A stretch of DNA of 64,000 nt from an uncultured bacterium (GTDB lineage Bacteria; Acidobacteriota; Thermoanaerobaculia; Multivoradales; JAHZIX01), in assembly GCA_965368975.1 (NCBI GenBank), contig CBDUPA010000005.1:249099-313098 (forward strand), in the 5' to 3' direction. The notes under the pieces were generated by a model. It had not been told where the DNA came from, did not search any database, and saw only the letters and a program-made list of their open reading frames with translations. The position numbers were made by a program, and so were the translations under genes. This document shows, piece after piece, positions 1 to 8,321 of this stretch; the stretch's first letter is position 1, and every line of letters starts with the position of its first letter.

Positions 1-2187
1 CACCACCAGGTCTTCGCCCTGCTCGACCACAAGCGCCTCGCCGACGTCCACCGCGACTTCGGTCGTCGTCTCAACCCCTTCGAGGTCTACACCCGCGCCA
101 TCCTCAGCTTCGAGCTGCTACAAGAGCGGCCCAGCCTGGCACGCCAAGCCGTCGAGGCCGGCATCGACCTGCTCGTGGTCGACGAAGCCCACCACCTCAA
201 GCGTCCGCCCAAGCACAGCGGCAACCTGCTCTATCGCGCTGTCCAGCGCATTACCAAGCAGGGCAATCACGTGCTGCTGCTCTCCGCCACACCGCTGGAA
301 GAAGACGCCCACGGCTTCTTCCGCCTGCTGCAGATGCTGCGACCGGAAGAGTTCGCCGAGTCCTCCAGCTTCGAGAAGCGTCTGCGGGCACGGCGCCCCC
401 TGCCGCCTTGCACCAGCGCTACCCGCCGCCGCGACATCGGCGGCCTGCCGCCGCGCAAGGCCTTCCCGGTCAACCTGCGCAAAGTCGACTGGGCCCCCTG
501 GTCGCGCATCGAACTCGAACTCCGCCGCCTGACGGCACGCAGTCCCACGCAGCGCAAGCGCCGCCTCGAGCAGCTCGAGCGCTCCCTGTCCTCTCCGGCG
601 TCCCTGCTCAACCTGTTGGACATCGAAGAGATCAAGGAACCGGTCGATCCGAAGGCCGAGGACGGCAAGAAGAACGGGGACAGCAAGAAGGTCGAAACGC
701 CCGCGGAGGCGCCCGTCGCAGCAGCCGCACCGGCACCGCCGACCAAGCGCATCGGCAGACCCAAGGGCACGGCGATCGACGAAGAAGAGTACCCCGGCGA
801 AGGCAAACCCCCGAGCCGTCGTGGCCGGGCCGCCCGCGGCCGTGGCCGCTGGCGCCGCCGCCGGGGCCGTGGAGAGGAGGGGGGCGTCAATCCGGTCGAG
901 ATCGAGACCAAGGTCGCCGAACTGGCGCGTGACCTGCTCGACGACAACGACGCCGCCGATCCCGAAAAGGATCCCCGCCTCGCCTGGCTGCTCGAACAGC
1001 TGCCGCAGTGGCGCAAAGACGGCGACAAGGTCCTGCTTTTCGTCGCCTGGAAAGACAGCATGGACGCGCTCAAGAAGGCGATCGAGTGGCACGGCCAGAC
1101 CCGCGTCAGCCTGTTTCACGAAGAGCTTTCCCCTGAGCGCCGCGACCTCGAAGTCGCGCAGTTCCGCCTGCCCGAAGGCCCCACCTTGCTGCTCTCCACC
1201 GAGTGTGGCGGCGAGGGTCGAAACTTCGAGTTCTGCCGCCGCCTGGTGCTCTACGATTTGCCCCTCGATCCCGCCAAAGTCGAGCAGCGCATCGGCCGTC
1301 TCGATCGCATCGGCCGTAAAGTGCCCACCGAGATCGTCTACTTCCGGCCACCCCGGGGCCTCGGCCGCGTCGCCGTCGAGTTGTACGAGAAACTCGGCGT
1401 CTTCCGCGAACCGCAAAGTGGCATGGTGCGCGAACTCGATCGCATCGCCGAGCGTCTGCGCGACATGGCTCTGGCCAAGCGTCCCCCCGAGCCCGACGCC
1501 TTTGACGATCTCCTCGACTCCGCACGAAAGAGCCGCAACCGCATCCGCCGTGCCGCCTACCACGAGCTGCACCGCGCTCCCTACCGCCGCCGCATGGCCA
1601 AGGACATCCTCCAGCGCGTGCCACCCGACCTCGACGAACTCAACGAAGACGTCGTCCTGCGCGCCGCCGCCCGCTTCGGCTTCAAGATCGAGGAACGTCG
1701 CGGCCCCCGCGCCAACTACATCGAACTAGGCTCCGAAGCCCTGGTCGACCGCCTCCCCGGCGTCAAACCCGGCTCCCGCTTCCTCGGCACCTTCGACCGC
1801 GAATTCGCCGTCGAAGACGAAGGCATGGACTACTTCGCCTCCGGCCACCCCCTGGTCGAGGGTGTCCTCGCCGAACTCGAAGACGGTCCCCGCGGCCGCT
1901 CCGCGGTCTTCCGTCTGGACGGTGACGAAGAAACCTTCGGTCTGCTCGCCCTCTACAAGAAAGGCCCCGAGTTCGAGGCCGTCGCGGTCGATAGGGAAGG
2001 CAACAAGCGTCCCGACCTGGTGCAGATCATCCTGGAAGGCGAACAGAAGGTCCATCGCGTCGATGCCCCCAAGTGGACCGGCCAAGCCGGCTGGAAGCCA
2101 ACCCTGGAGCGCATCGCCAAGTACCTGCCGCACGATCGTCCACAAGCGGTAGCGGCGTTCCGCGTCAAGAAGGTGACCGGGGACTGA
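1..2187 (+). CDS. rapA: RapA/HepA-like SNF2-family helicase/ATPase (5' end outside window)
   Basis: Frame 1 is open from base 1. Motifs VVDEAHH (DEAH), LLLSATP, STECGGEGRNFEF and YDLP..EQRIGRLDRIG; C-terminal GTFDRE.A..DE...F...GHPLV matches RapA_C. Low-complexity Pro/Ala/Arg/Gly insertion at about 625-890. Confidence 0.85.
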   Translation, partial: HHQVFALLDHKRLADVHRDFGRRLNPFEVYTRAILSFELLQERPSLARQAVEAGIDLLVVDEAHHLKRPPKHSGNLLYRAVQRITKQGNHVLLLSATPLEEDAHGFFRLLQMLRPEEFAESSSFEKRLRARRPLPPCTSATRRRDIGGLPPRKAFPVNLRKVDWAPWSRIELELRRLTARSPTQRKRRLEQLERSLSSPASLLNLLDIEEIKEPVDPKAEDGKKNGDSKKVETPAEAPVAAAAPAPPTKRIGRPKGTAIDEEEYPGEGKPPSRRGRAARGRGRWRRRRGRGEEGGVNPVEIETKVAELARDLLDDNDAADPEKDPRLAWLLEQLPQWRKDGDKVLLFVAWKDSMDALKKAIEWHGQTRVSLFHEELSPERRDLEVAQFRLPEGPTLLLSTECGGEGRNFEFCRRLVLYDLPLDPAKVEQRIGRLDRIGRKVPTEIVYFRPPRGLGRVAVELYEKLGVFREPQSGMVRELDRIAERLRDMALAKRPPEPDAFDDLLDSARKSRNRIRRAAYHELHRAPYRRRMAKDILQRVPPDLDELNEDVVLRAAARFGFKIEERRGPRANYIELGSEALVDRLPGVKPGSRFLGTFDREFAVEDEGMDYFASGHPLVEGVLAELEDGPRGRSAVFRLDGDEETFGLLALYKKGPEFEAVAVDREGNKRPDLVQIILEGEQKVHRVDAPKWTGQAGWKPTLERIAKYLPHDRPQAVAAFRVKKVTGD

Positions 2188-2197
2188 GAGCGTCCTG

Positions 2198-2983
2198 GTG
2201 GACGAAAAAACGAGGCGCGCCCTCAACGCCATCAACCGCCACTTCTACCAGCACCACGCTGAGCGCTTCAGCGAGACTCGCTCGAAGCCTTGGCAAGGTT
2301 GGGATTACGTCGTGCGTCGCTTGCTGGAACGCTCGGTAGGGAAACCGGCGGAGCCTTTGCGCGTGCTGGACGTGGGCTGTGGCAACGGGCGGTTCGGGGA
2401 GCTACTGCACCAGAAGTTCCCGCGGGCCGTCGAGTACCTCGGCATTGACTCCAGCGCGCCGCTCCTGGAGCACGCGCGCGCGCGACTGCAGGGGCGAGGG
2501 GACTGGGATGTCGAATTCGTCCAGCACGACTTCGTGGAAGCTGGGCTGGCAGAAGTGGTGGGCGAGCGATTCGACCTGGTGGTGCTGTTTGGCGTGCTGC
2601 ACCACATACCGGGTGCCGAGGTGCGACAGCGCTTGGTCGGAGAGTTATTGGGGAGCCTGGCGCCAGGTGGGGAGGTGGTGCTGTCGGTGTGGCGCTTTGC
2701 GGAGGACCCGCGGTATGAGCGTCGCGTGGTGAGCTGGGAGGAGCACAACGCGTGGGTGCGGGAGAGCGGGGTGGGCGTCGAGATGCTGGTGGATGCTGGG
2801 GAGGTCGAGGAGGGGGATGTGTTGCTGCGGTGGGGTGGGAGGGAGTCGAGTTGGTGGCGGTATTGTCATGCGGTGGGGGAGGGGGAGTTGGGGGAGCTGG
2901 TGAAGCGGGGTGGTGGGATTGTGGTGGAAGCGGGGGTGGGGGATGGGGGGAATGGGTACTGGTGGGTCAAGTTGGAGAGTTGA
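2198..2983 (+). CDS. Class I SAM-dependent methyltransferase (N-terminus resembles Trm9/ALKBH8-type MTases)
   Basis: VLDVGCGNG motif I, GIDSS, FDLVV..GVLHHIP, L.PGG; N-terminal FY...A..FS.TR..PW. GTG start 10 nt after the rapA stop. Confidence 0.85.
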   Translation: MDEKTRRALNAINRHFYQHHAERFSETRSKPWQGWDYVVRRLLERSVGKPAEPLRVLDVGCGNGRFGELLHQKFPRAVEYLGIDSSAPLLEHARARLQGRGDWDVEFVQHDFVEAGLAEVVGERFDLVVLFGVLHHIPGAEVRQRLVGELLGSLAPGGEVVLSVWRFAEDPRYERRVVSWEEHNAWVRESGVGVEMLVDAGEVEEGDVLLRWGGRESSWWRYCHAVGEGELGELVKRGGGIVVEAGVGDGGNGYWWVKLES

Positions 2984-3022
2984 TAGCGGTCAGAAGAGCG
3001 GTGCGAGGTCGGCTGGGGTGCC

Positions 3023-3051
3023 TTGACACCTCGGAGGTAGATGACAATACT
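3023..3051 (+). promoter_or_regulatory. Candidate sigma70 promoter of the TA operon
   Basis: Perfect TTGACA (3023-3028), 17 nt spacer, AATACT (3046-3051). Followed by a TCTTAC direct repeat (3054-3059, 3065-3070) and CTGAG-GG-CTCAG inverted repeat (3070-3081), a plausible autorepression operator. Confidence 0.5.
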
Positions 3052-3102
3052 GGTCTTACCCGCTTCTTACTGAGGGCTCAGCCCCTGACAGAGGACTCAA
3101 CC

Positions 3103-3366
3103 ATGTCGAGCATACCCGCCACCACCCGACTCTCCACCAAAGGTCAACTCATCATCCCTAAAGACATCCGTGACCGCCACGGCTGGCGTGCCGGAAGTGC
3201 GTTGATCGTCGAAGACCGGGGCACAGAAGTCGTATTGCGGTCGCCTCTGGAGATCCCGGAAACGACCTTGGAAGACCTGGTGGGCTGTACCGGCTATTCC
3301 GGTCCAAGGCGCTCACTCGAAGAGATGGAAGAGGCGATCGCGAGGGGGGCGAGGGAGCGGAGATGA
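3103..3366 (+). CDS. vapB: AbrB/MazE/SpoVT-family antitoxin (VapB-type), 87 aa
   Basis: ATG 3103 with GAGGA RBS at 3091; TRLSTKGQLIIPKDIRDRHGWRAGSAL is an AbrB fold signature; ATGA overlap with the downstream PIN gene. Confidence 0.9.
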   Translation: MSSIPATTRLSTKGQLIIPKDIRDRHGWRAGSALIVEDRGTEVVLRSPLEIPETTLEDLVGCTGYSGPRRSLEEMEEAIARGARERR

Positions 3367-3770
3367 TCGGGCTCGACACGAATGTCCTAGTGAGAATCGT
3401 GACGCGTGATGATCCCGAACAGCTTCCTGCCGCTATGGCAGTCATGGAAGCTGCCCGGCTTCATGTCACCAAAACGGTGCTGCAAGAGCTGGAGTGGGTG
3501 CTGCGCTATAGCTACCGCCTCGGACGCGAAGAGATCAGCCGGGCCTTGGTGGGTTTGCTGGGACTACGGCGCCTGGAAGTGGAAGATCGGGAAGCAGTCG
3601 TCAGGGCATACCAGGGATACCAGGTCGGAATGGATTGGGCAGATGCACTCCACTTGGCTTCGAGACCAGCAGGTGGTTCGTTGAGCCGCTTTGCCACGTT
3701 CGACCGAAAACTGGCCAAGACGGCGGAAGGTGTCGAGGCAATGCCAGAGGTCGAGCTGCTCGGAGCCTGA
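3363..3770 (+). CDS. vapC: PIN-domain toxin (VapC-type)
   Basis: IGLDTNVLVR, E in VLQELEWVL, D.ADALHL, ATFDRKL: conserved PIN acidic residues; coupled to the antitoxin. Confidence 0.9.
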   Translation: MIGLDTNVLVRIVTRDDPEQLPAAMAVMEAARLHVTKTVLQELEWVLRYSYRLGREEISRALVGLLGLRRLEVEDREAVVRAYQGYQVGMDWADALHLASRPAGGSLSRFATFDRKLAKTAEGVEAMPEVELLGA

Positions 3771-3786
3771 TCGCCTCGGTGTTAGC

Positions 3787-5217
3787 TCATCCCGGCAGCT
3801 TTGACGCGTCCACATCCTCCGGCACCGCATCCCCTCGACCCTGCAACCACTTGCGGAACGTATCCTTGTCCAGCGCCTTCTCTAGCCCATCCAGGGGATC
3901 CGCCGTCCCGGCTTCGACGAGCTTCTTCAGGCTGTCATCCATCGCCACCATGCCGACCTTGCGGCCGCCGGAGATGACGTCGGGGATCTGGTGGGTCTTG
4001 CCTTCGCGGATGGCGGAGGAGAGGGCGGGGTTGCGCAGCAATACCTCGACGGCGGCGACGCGGCCTCCGCCTTTTCTGGGCAGGAGCTGCTGGGCGACGA
4101 TGCCTTGGATGACGCTGGAGAGCACACCGCGGATCTCGTCGATGCGGCTGGCGGGGAAGACGCTGACGATACGGTCGACGGTCTTGGAGGCGGAGTTGGT
4201 GTGCAGGGTGCCGAAGACGAGGAGGCCGGTGTCGGCGGCGTTGAGGGCGATGCCGATGGTTTCGACGTCGCGCATTTCGCCGACCAGGACGGCGTCGGGG
4301 TCTTCACGTAGGGCCATTCTCAGGGCGTGGGAGAAGCTGGGAGCGTGAGCGCCGATCTCGCGGTGGCTGATGACGCTCTGCTGGTTCTGGTGCACGAACT
4401 CGATGGGATCCTCGATGGTGATGAAGTGCATGGGACGCTTCTGGTTCATCTCGTGGATCATGGCGGCCAGGGTGGTGCTCTTGCCGGAGCCGGTGGGGCC
4501 GGTGACCAGGACCAAGCCTGAGTTCAGGCGGGTGAGTCTGCGCAGGACGCGCGGGAGCTTGAGATCATCGAGGGTGAGAATCTTGCTCGGGATGATGCGG
4601 AAGACGGCGCCCATGCCGCGCTCTTGCTGGAAGAGGTTGACGCGGAACCGGGCGAGGCCGGGGACCTCGTAGGCAAAGTCCATGTCGCCGGTGGCGCGGT
4701 AGCGCGACCACAGTTCCGGCGGCGTGACGGGGCGCATCAGGTTTTCGAAGTCGCGGTCGTCGAGCACACGGTAGCGGATGGGCTCGATACGACCGGAGAG
4801 GCGCAGCATGGGAGGACGGCCGGCGCTCAGGTGCAGATCGGAGGCGCCGCGGTCTTGCATCAGCTTGAGGAAGCGGTCGATGCGGTTGGTGCGGTGCTCG
4901 GTCTCGACGCTCACGGCGGCTGGCTGGGCTGCTTGTTGAGCTGGCGCCGCGGGTTGAGCTGGTGCCGCGGGCTGGGCCGGTGCTGGCTGAGCTGCGGCTG
5001 GCTGGGGTGCGGGCGAGACCGGTGGGGGCGTCGGCGCCGCGGGAGCGGGCGAAGCAGGGGATTGAGTCGCCGGTGCCTGGGGAGCTGCCGGTGCCTGGGG
5101 AGCTGCTGGGACCTGCGGCACTGCTGGTGCTGGGGGAGCCGGTTGGGTTGCAGCTGCGGGGGCCGTGTCGTCGGGTGGCAGGTCGATGACTCTTGGCGTC
5201 TGTGGGGTGTCGCTCAT
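3787..5217 (-). CDS. pilT: PilT/PilU-family ATPase with about 100-aa Pro/Ala/Gln-rich N-terminal extension
   Basis: ASDLHL, RFRVNLF, Walker A GPTGSGKSTT, TIEDPIEF, ALREDPD.VLVGEMRD, GTLHT. Confidence 0.9.
   Translation of the reverse strand: MSDTPQTPRVIDLPPDDTAPAAATQPAPPAPAVPQVPAAPQAPAAPQAPATQSPASPAPAAPTPPPVSPAPQPAAAQPAPAQPAAPAQPAAPAQQAAQPAAVSVETEHRTNRIDRFLKLMQDRGASDLHLSAGRPPMLRLSGRIEPIRYRVLDDRDFENLMRPVTPPELWSRYRATGDMDFAYEVPGLARFRVNLFQQERGMGAVFRIIPSKILTLDDLKLPRVLRRLTRLNSGLVLVTGPTGSGKSTTLAAMIHEMNQKRPMHFITIEDPIEFVHQNQQSVISHREIGAHAPSFSHALRMALREDPDAVLVGEMRDVETIGIALNAADTGLLVFGTLHTNSASKTVDRIVSVFPASRIDEIRGVLSSVIQGIVAQQLLPRKGGGRVAAVEVLLRNPALSSAIREGKTHQIPDVISGGRKVGMVAMDDSLKKLVEAGTADPLDGLEKALDKDTFRKWLQGRGDAVPEDVDASKLPG
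4920..5160 (-). repeat. Low-complexity coding repeats (PAAPQA/PAQPAA) in the PilT N-terminus
   Basis: Tandem 18-nt units such as cggtgcctggggagctgc x2 and repeated PAAPAQ units. Confidence 0.7.
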
Positions 5218-5227
5218 ATCTGGATGC

Positions 5228-7705
5228 TCATGCGTTGGGTTCCTGCTGGCTGAGGAAGCCGGGATCGCACATGGGGGCGAAGGTGGCGGGCTTGTCGGCA
5301 GCCTTCCAGGCGGTCTCGGGGGAAATCAAGTCGGCTTCGACAAGGTCCATGAGGCTCTGGTCGAGCATGCGCATGCCGATCTGGCGACCGATCTGCATCA
5401 GGCCGGGAAGCTGGAAGGTCTCGTCGCGGCGGATCGTCGAGCCGACGCTCATGGTGCCCTTGAGGACCTCGAAGGCGGCGACGCGGCCGTGGCCGCTCTT
5501 GTGCTGGAGCAGACGCTGGCAGACGATGTACTTGAGCGATTCGGACAGTGCCATGCGCACCTGGGCCTTCTCATCGGCCGGGAAGCTGTCGACCAGGCGA
5601 TCGATGGTCTGGACGGCATTGGTGGTGTGCAGGGTGCCGATCATGAGGTGACCGGTCTCGGCGGCTTCGAGCGCCATGCGGATGGTGTCGGTGTCGCGCA
5701 GCTCGCCCACCACGATGATGTCCGGGTCTTCACGCAGGGCGGCGCGCAGGCCGCTGGCGAAGGCCTTGGTATCGCGGCCCACTTGACGCTGGTTGATCAA
5801 GGCCTGCTTGGGTGGATGGACGAACTCGATCGGGTCTTCCAGGCTGATCAGGTGCGACGGCTTGGTCTCGTTGATCAGGTTGATCAGCGCGGTGAGGGTG
5901 GTGCTCTTGCCGCAGCCGGAAGGGCCGGAGATGACGATGACGCCCTGGTGGAAGTCGAGCAGTTCCTTGAGCTGTTCGGGCAGGCCGAGTTCGGCGAAGC
6001 TGGGCGGTCGGTTGGGGATGACGCGGAAGGAGGCGCACAGGCCGAGACGTTGCTCGTAGGCGTTGGCGCGGTAGCGGCCGACTTCGGGGATGGCGTGGCA
6101 GAAGTCGAGGCCCTTCTCTTCCTCCAGGGTCGCCCACTGCTGGTCGTCGAGGGCAGCGCGCAGGTAGGCTGCGCTCTGTTCTGCGGTGATCGGCTTGAGG
6201 TGGTCGAGACGGTAGAGGACGCCGTCGCGGCGTACGACGGGCGGCTCGCCGACGCTGATGTGCAGGTCGGAGGCTTCCATGTCGCGGATTTGCACGAGCA
6301 GCCGGTCGAGCGGGTTGGAGAGCTTGCTAGTGTCGACCTTCGGGCCGCCTTCGCCTTCCTGGTGTGCGACCTGGAACAGCTCGTTCATGCCGCGTAGCAC
6401 GTCGTTGGCGCGCAGGCGTACGTCGGCGTCGGGGTCGCGGTCGCGGACTTGCTTGAGGATGCTGAGCAGACGCCGGTCGTTGAACTTGGAGAACGCCTGC
6501 AGCACCTCCATGCGTACTTCCGGTCGCGGGTCGCGCAGCAGTTGGCTCAGCGGCTGCAATGACGAGACGGCGCCGATGTGGGCCAGCGCGTCGACGGCGG
6601 CCCAGCGGGTGTCTTCATCTTGCAGCATGCGCACCAGATGCGGCACGGCGCGCTCGTCCTTGAGGTTGCCGAGCACTTCACAAGCGGTGACGCGCAGCCA
6701 CCAGTCCTTGTCTGCCAGCAGCTTGCAGAAGGGCTCGACGAGACGTTTGTCGTTGAAGCCTTCGGCCAGCATCAGCGCGGCGGTACGGATCTCGGGTGTC
6801 GGATGGCCGAACAGCTTGACGGCGGCGCGCAGCACCGGCTCGCCGCCTTCGCGCAGGGCCTCGTGGATGCGCAGGCGTAGCCAGCCGGCCATCTTGTGGC
6901 CAAGGTTCAGGATCTCGGTAACGGCCTGCTCCGCACTGCTGGAGTCGATCAGGATCTTGATCGCGCTGCGCCGGGTCTGCTCGGTGCCGCGGGGCAGCAG
7001 GTCGAGCAGCGAGCGGCGCAGGACTTTCGGGTTGGACTCGAGTTCGCGCCGCAGGTAGCTCTCGGCGATGCGTCGGCTGGCGTCGTCGCCGTCGGCCAGA
7101 CGGTCGAGCATCAACTCGAGGACGCGCGAGTCGGGAGACGTGGACAGCGCCTTGAGCGCGACCTGGGCCAGCTGCAGGTCTTTGTCGCGGCCCAGCTTGA
7201 GCAGCATGTCGAGACGTGCGTCGGGCGGGCTGGTCTCGAGGATCTCGCTCAGCGCCTTGTGACGCATCGCCGCCGGTGCCTCGAACACGGCGCGATCGAG
7301 GTAGGACGCCCGGATACTGCCGGGCAGCGCCAGGGCGACTTCCCAGGCGGTGCGCCGCGCTTGCAGGTCGTCGCTGGTCAGCAACTGCTCCATGGCGCCA
7401 TGGACGGCCGCAGCAGGCAAATGCTCGACCAAGGGCAGCAAGCCCTCGCGCATTTTGGCCGACTTGGTGCCCAGCTCGGTGACGAAAGCTTTGACGCCCT
7501 CGGCGTCGGCGCCGCTGACGAATAGCTGGGTGCCGCTCTGGCGTACCGCGCTGTCCTGGTGCACGACCAGCGGCACTAGCTCTGCGCTTTGCTTGGGCGG
7601 GCTCTGCTGCAGCTGGGCCAGCAGGGCGTCGCGCTCTGCTGGGTCGCCCCAGCCGCTGGCGGCGAGGGTCTGGACGGGCGTCTTCTTGCTGCCGAAGAGG
7701 GCCAT
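5228..7705 (-). CDS. HEAT-repeat-PilT ATPase fusion protein (825 aa)
   Basis: N-terminal about 450 aa of HEAT/PBS-type repeats (LLADKDWWLRVTACEVLG, LLRDPRPEVRMEVLQAF). C-terminal PilT domain: ASDLHI, GPSGCGKSTT, EDPIEF, LREDPDIIVVGELRD, TGHL.IGTLHT. Confidence 0.9.
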   Translation of the reverse strand: MALFGSKKTPVQTLAASGWGDPAERDALLAQLQQSPPKQSAELVPLVVHQDSAVRQSGTQLFVSGADAEGVKAFVTELGTKSAKMREGLLPLVEHLPAAAVHGAMEQLLTSDDLQARRTAWEVALALPGSIRASYLDRAVFEAPAAMRHKALSEILETSPPDARLDMLLKLGRDKDLQLAQVALKALSTSPDSRVLELMLDRLADGDDASRRIAESYLRRELESNPKVLRRSLLDLLPRGTEQTRRSAIKILIDSSSAEQAVTEILNLGHKMAGWLRLRIHEALREGGEPVLRAAVKLFGHPTPEIRTAALMLAEGFNDKRLVEPFCKLLADKDWWLRVTACEVLGNLKDERAVPHLVRMLQDEDTRWAAVDALAHIGAVSSLQPLSQLLRDPRPEVRMEVLQAFSKFNDRRLLSILKQVRDRDPDADVRLRANDVLRGMNELFQVAHQEGEGGPKVDTSKLSNPLDRLLVQIRDMEASDLHISVGEPPVVRRDGVLYRLDHLKPITAEQSAAYLRAALDDQQWATLEEEKGLDFCHAIPEVGRYRANAYEQRLGLCASFRVIPNRPPSFAELGLPEQLKELLDFHQGVIVISGPSGCGKSTTLTALINLINETKPSHLISLEDPIEFVHPPKQALINQRQVGRDTKAFASGLRAALREDPDIIVVGELRDTDTIRMALEAAETGHLMIGTLHTTNAVQTIDRLVDSFPADEKAQVRMALSESLKYIVCQRLLQHKSGHGRVAAFEVLKGTMSVGSTIRRDETFQLPGLMQIGRQIGMRMLDQSLMDLVEADLISPETAWKAADKPATFAPMCDPGFLSQQEPNA

Positions 7706-7781
7706 GCTCTACCTTCCCGCTAGGGTTCCAGTGTTTGAAGTCCTCGTGACTGGTGGTTGCCTATCCGAGGGTGAAGAAGCA

Positions 7782-8321
7782 CTATTCCAGCGTGAAAAGG
7801 GGATCGCCGCCGTCGACGTTCTGCCCCGGTTGCACGTGGAGCTTGGTGACCGTGCCGGCCTGCTCGGCGACGATTTCGTTCTCCATCTTCATCGCCTCGA
7901 GCACCACAATGCCCTGGCCTGTCTCGACCTCCGCACCCTCTTCGATGAGCACCGCGACGACGCGTCCGGGCATGTAGGCGGTGACTTCTTGCCGGCCGCC
8001 AGTACCCGCGCCGGCGGCGGCTTCCTGGGCCAGGAAGGTCAGCGGGTCGGTGACGGTGGCCAGGCCGTGGCCGCAGTGGCCATTGCTCGGGCTCAGCTGA
8101 TAACGACCGCTCCCCTGGGGGTGGACGGCGACCTCGAACTGCGACTCGACACTGTGGTTGTCGGCGGTCTCGACGCGCGTACGCAGGCTGTGCAGGTGGG
8201 CGCCGATGCGCACCGCGTCGACGTGGTAGCTCGCCTCGCCGACGCGCACTTGCCAGCCATCGCCGACACGTTCGGCGTTCACCCGCTCCTGGCGGCCATC
8301 GAAGGTGACGATCAGCTCCAT
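7782..8321 (-). CDS. Biotin carboxyl carrier protein of an acyl-CoA carboxylase (179 aa)
   Basis: Start re-assigned to ATG 8321 (GAGGAG RBS, overlaps the biotin carboxylase stop). MPGRVV and the EAMKMENE biotinylation motif. Confidence 0.9.
   Translation of the reverse strand: MELIVTFDGRQERVNAERVGDGWQVRVGEASYHVDAVRIGAHLHSLRTRVETADNHSVESQFEVAVHPQGSGRYQLSPSNGHCGHGLATVTDPLTFLAQEAAAGAGTGGRQEVTAYMPGRVVAVLIEEGAEVETGQGIVVLEAMKMENEIVAEQAGTVTKLHVQPGQNVDGGDPLFTLE

Noticed and set aside
2752-3102. Gly-rich 5' extension of the antitoxin ORF in the track
   Set aside because: By-product of the G-rich tract; RBS, promoter and family size support ATG 3103.
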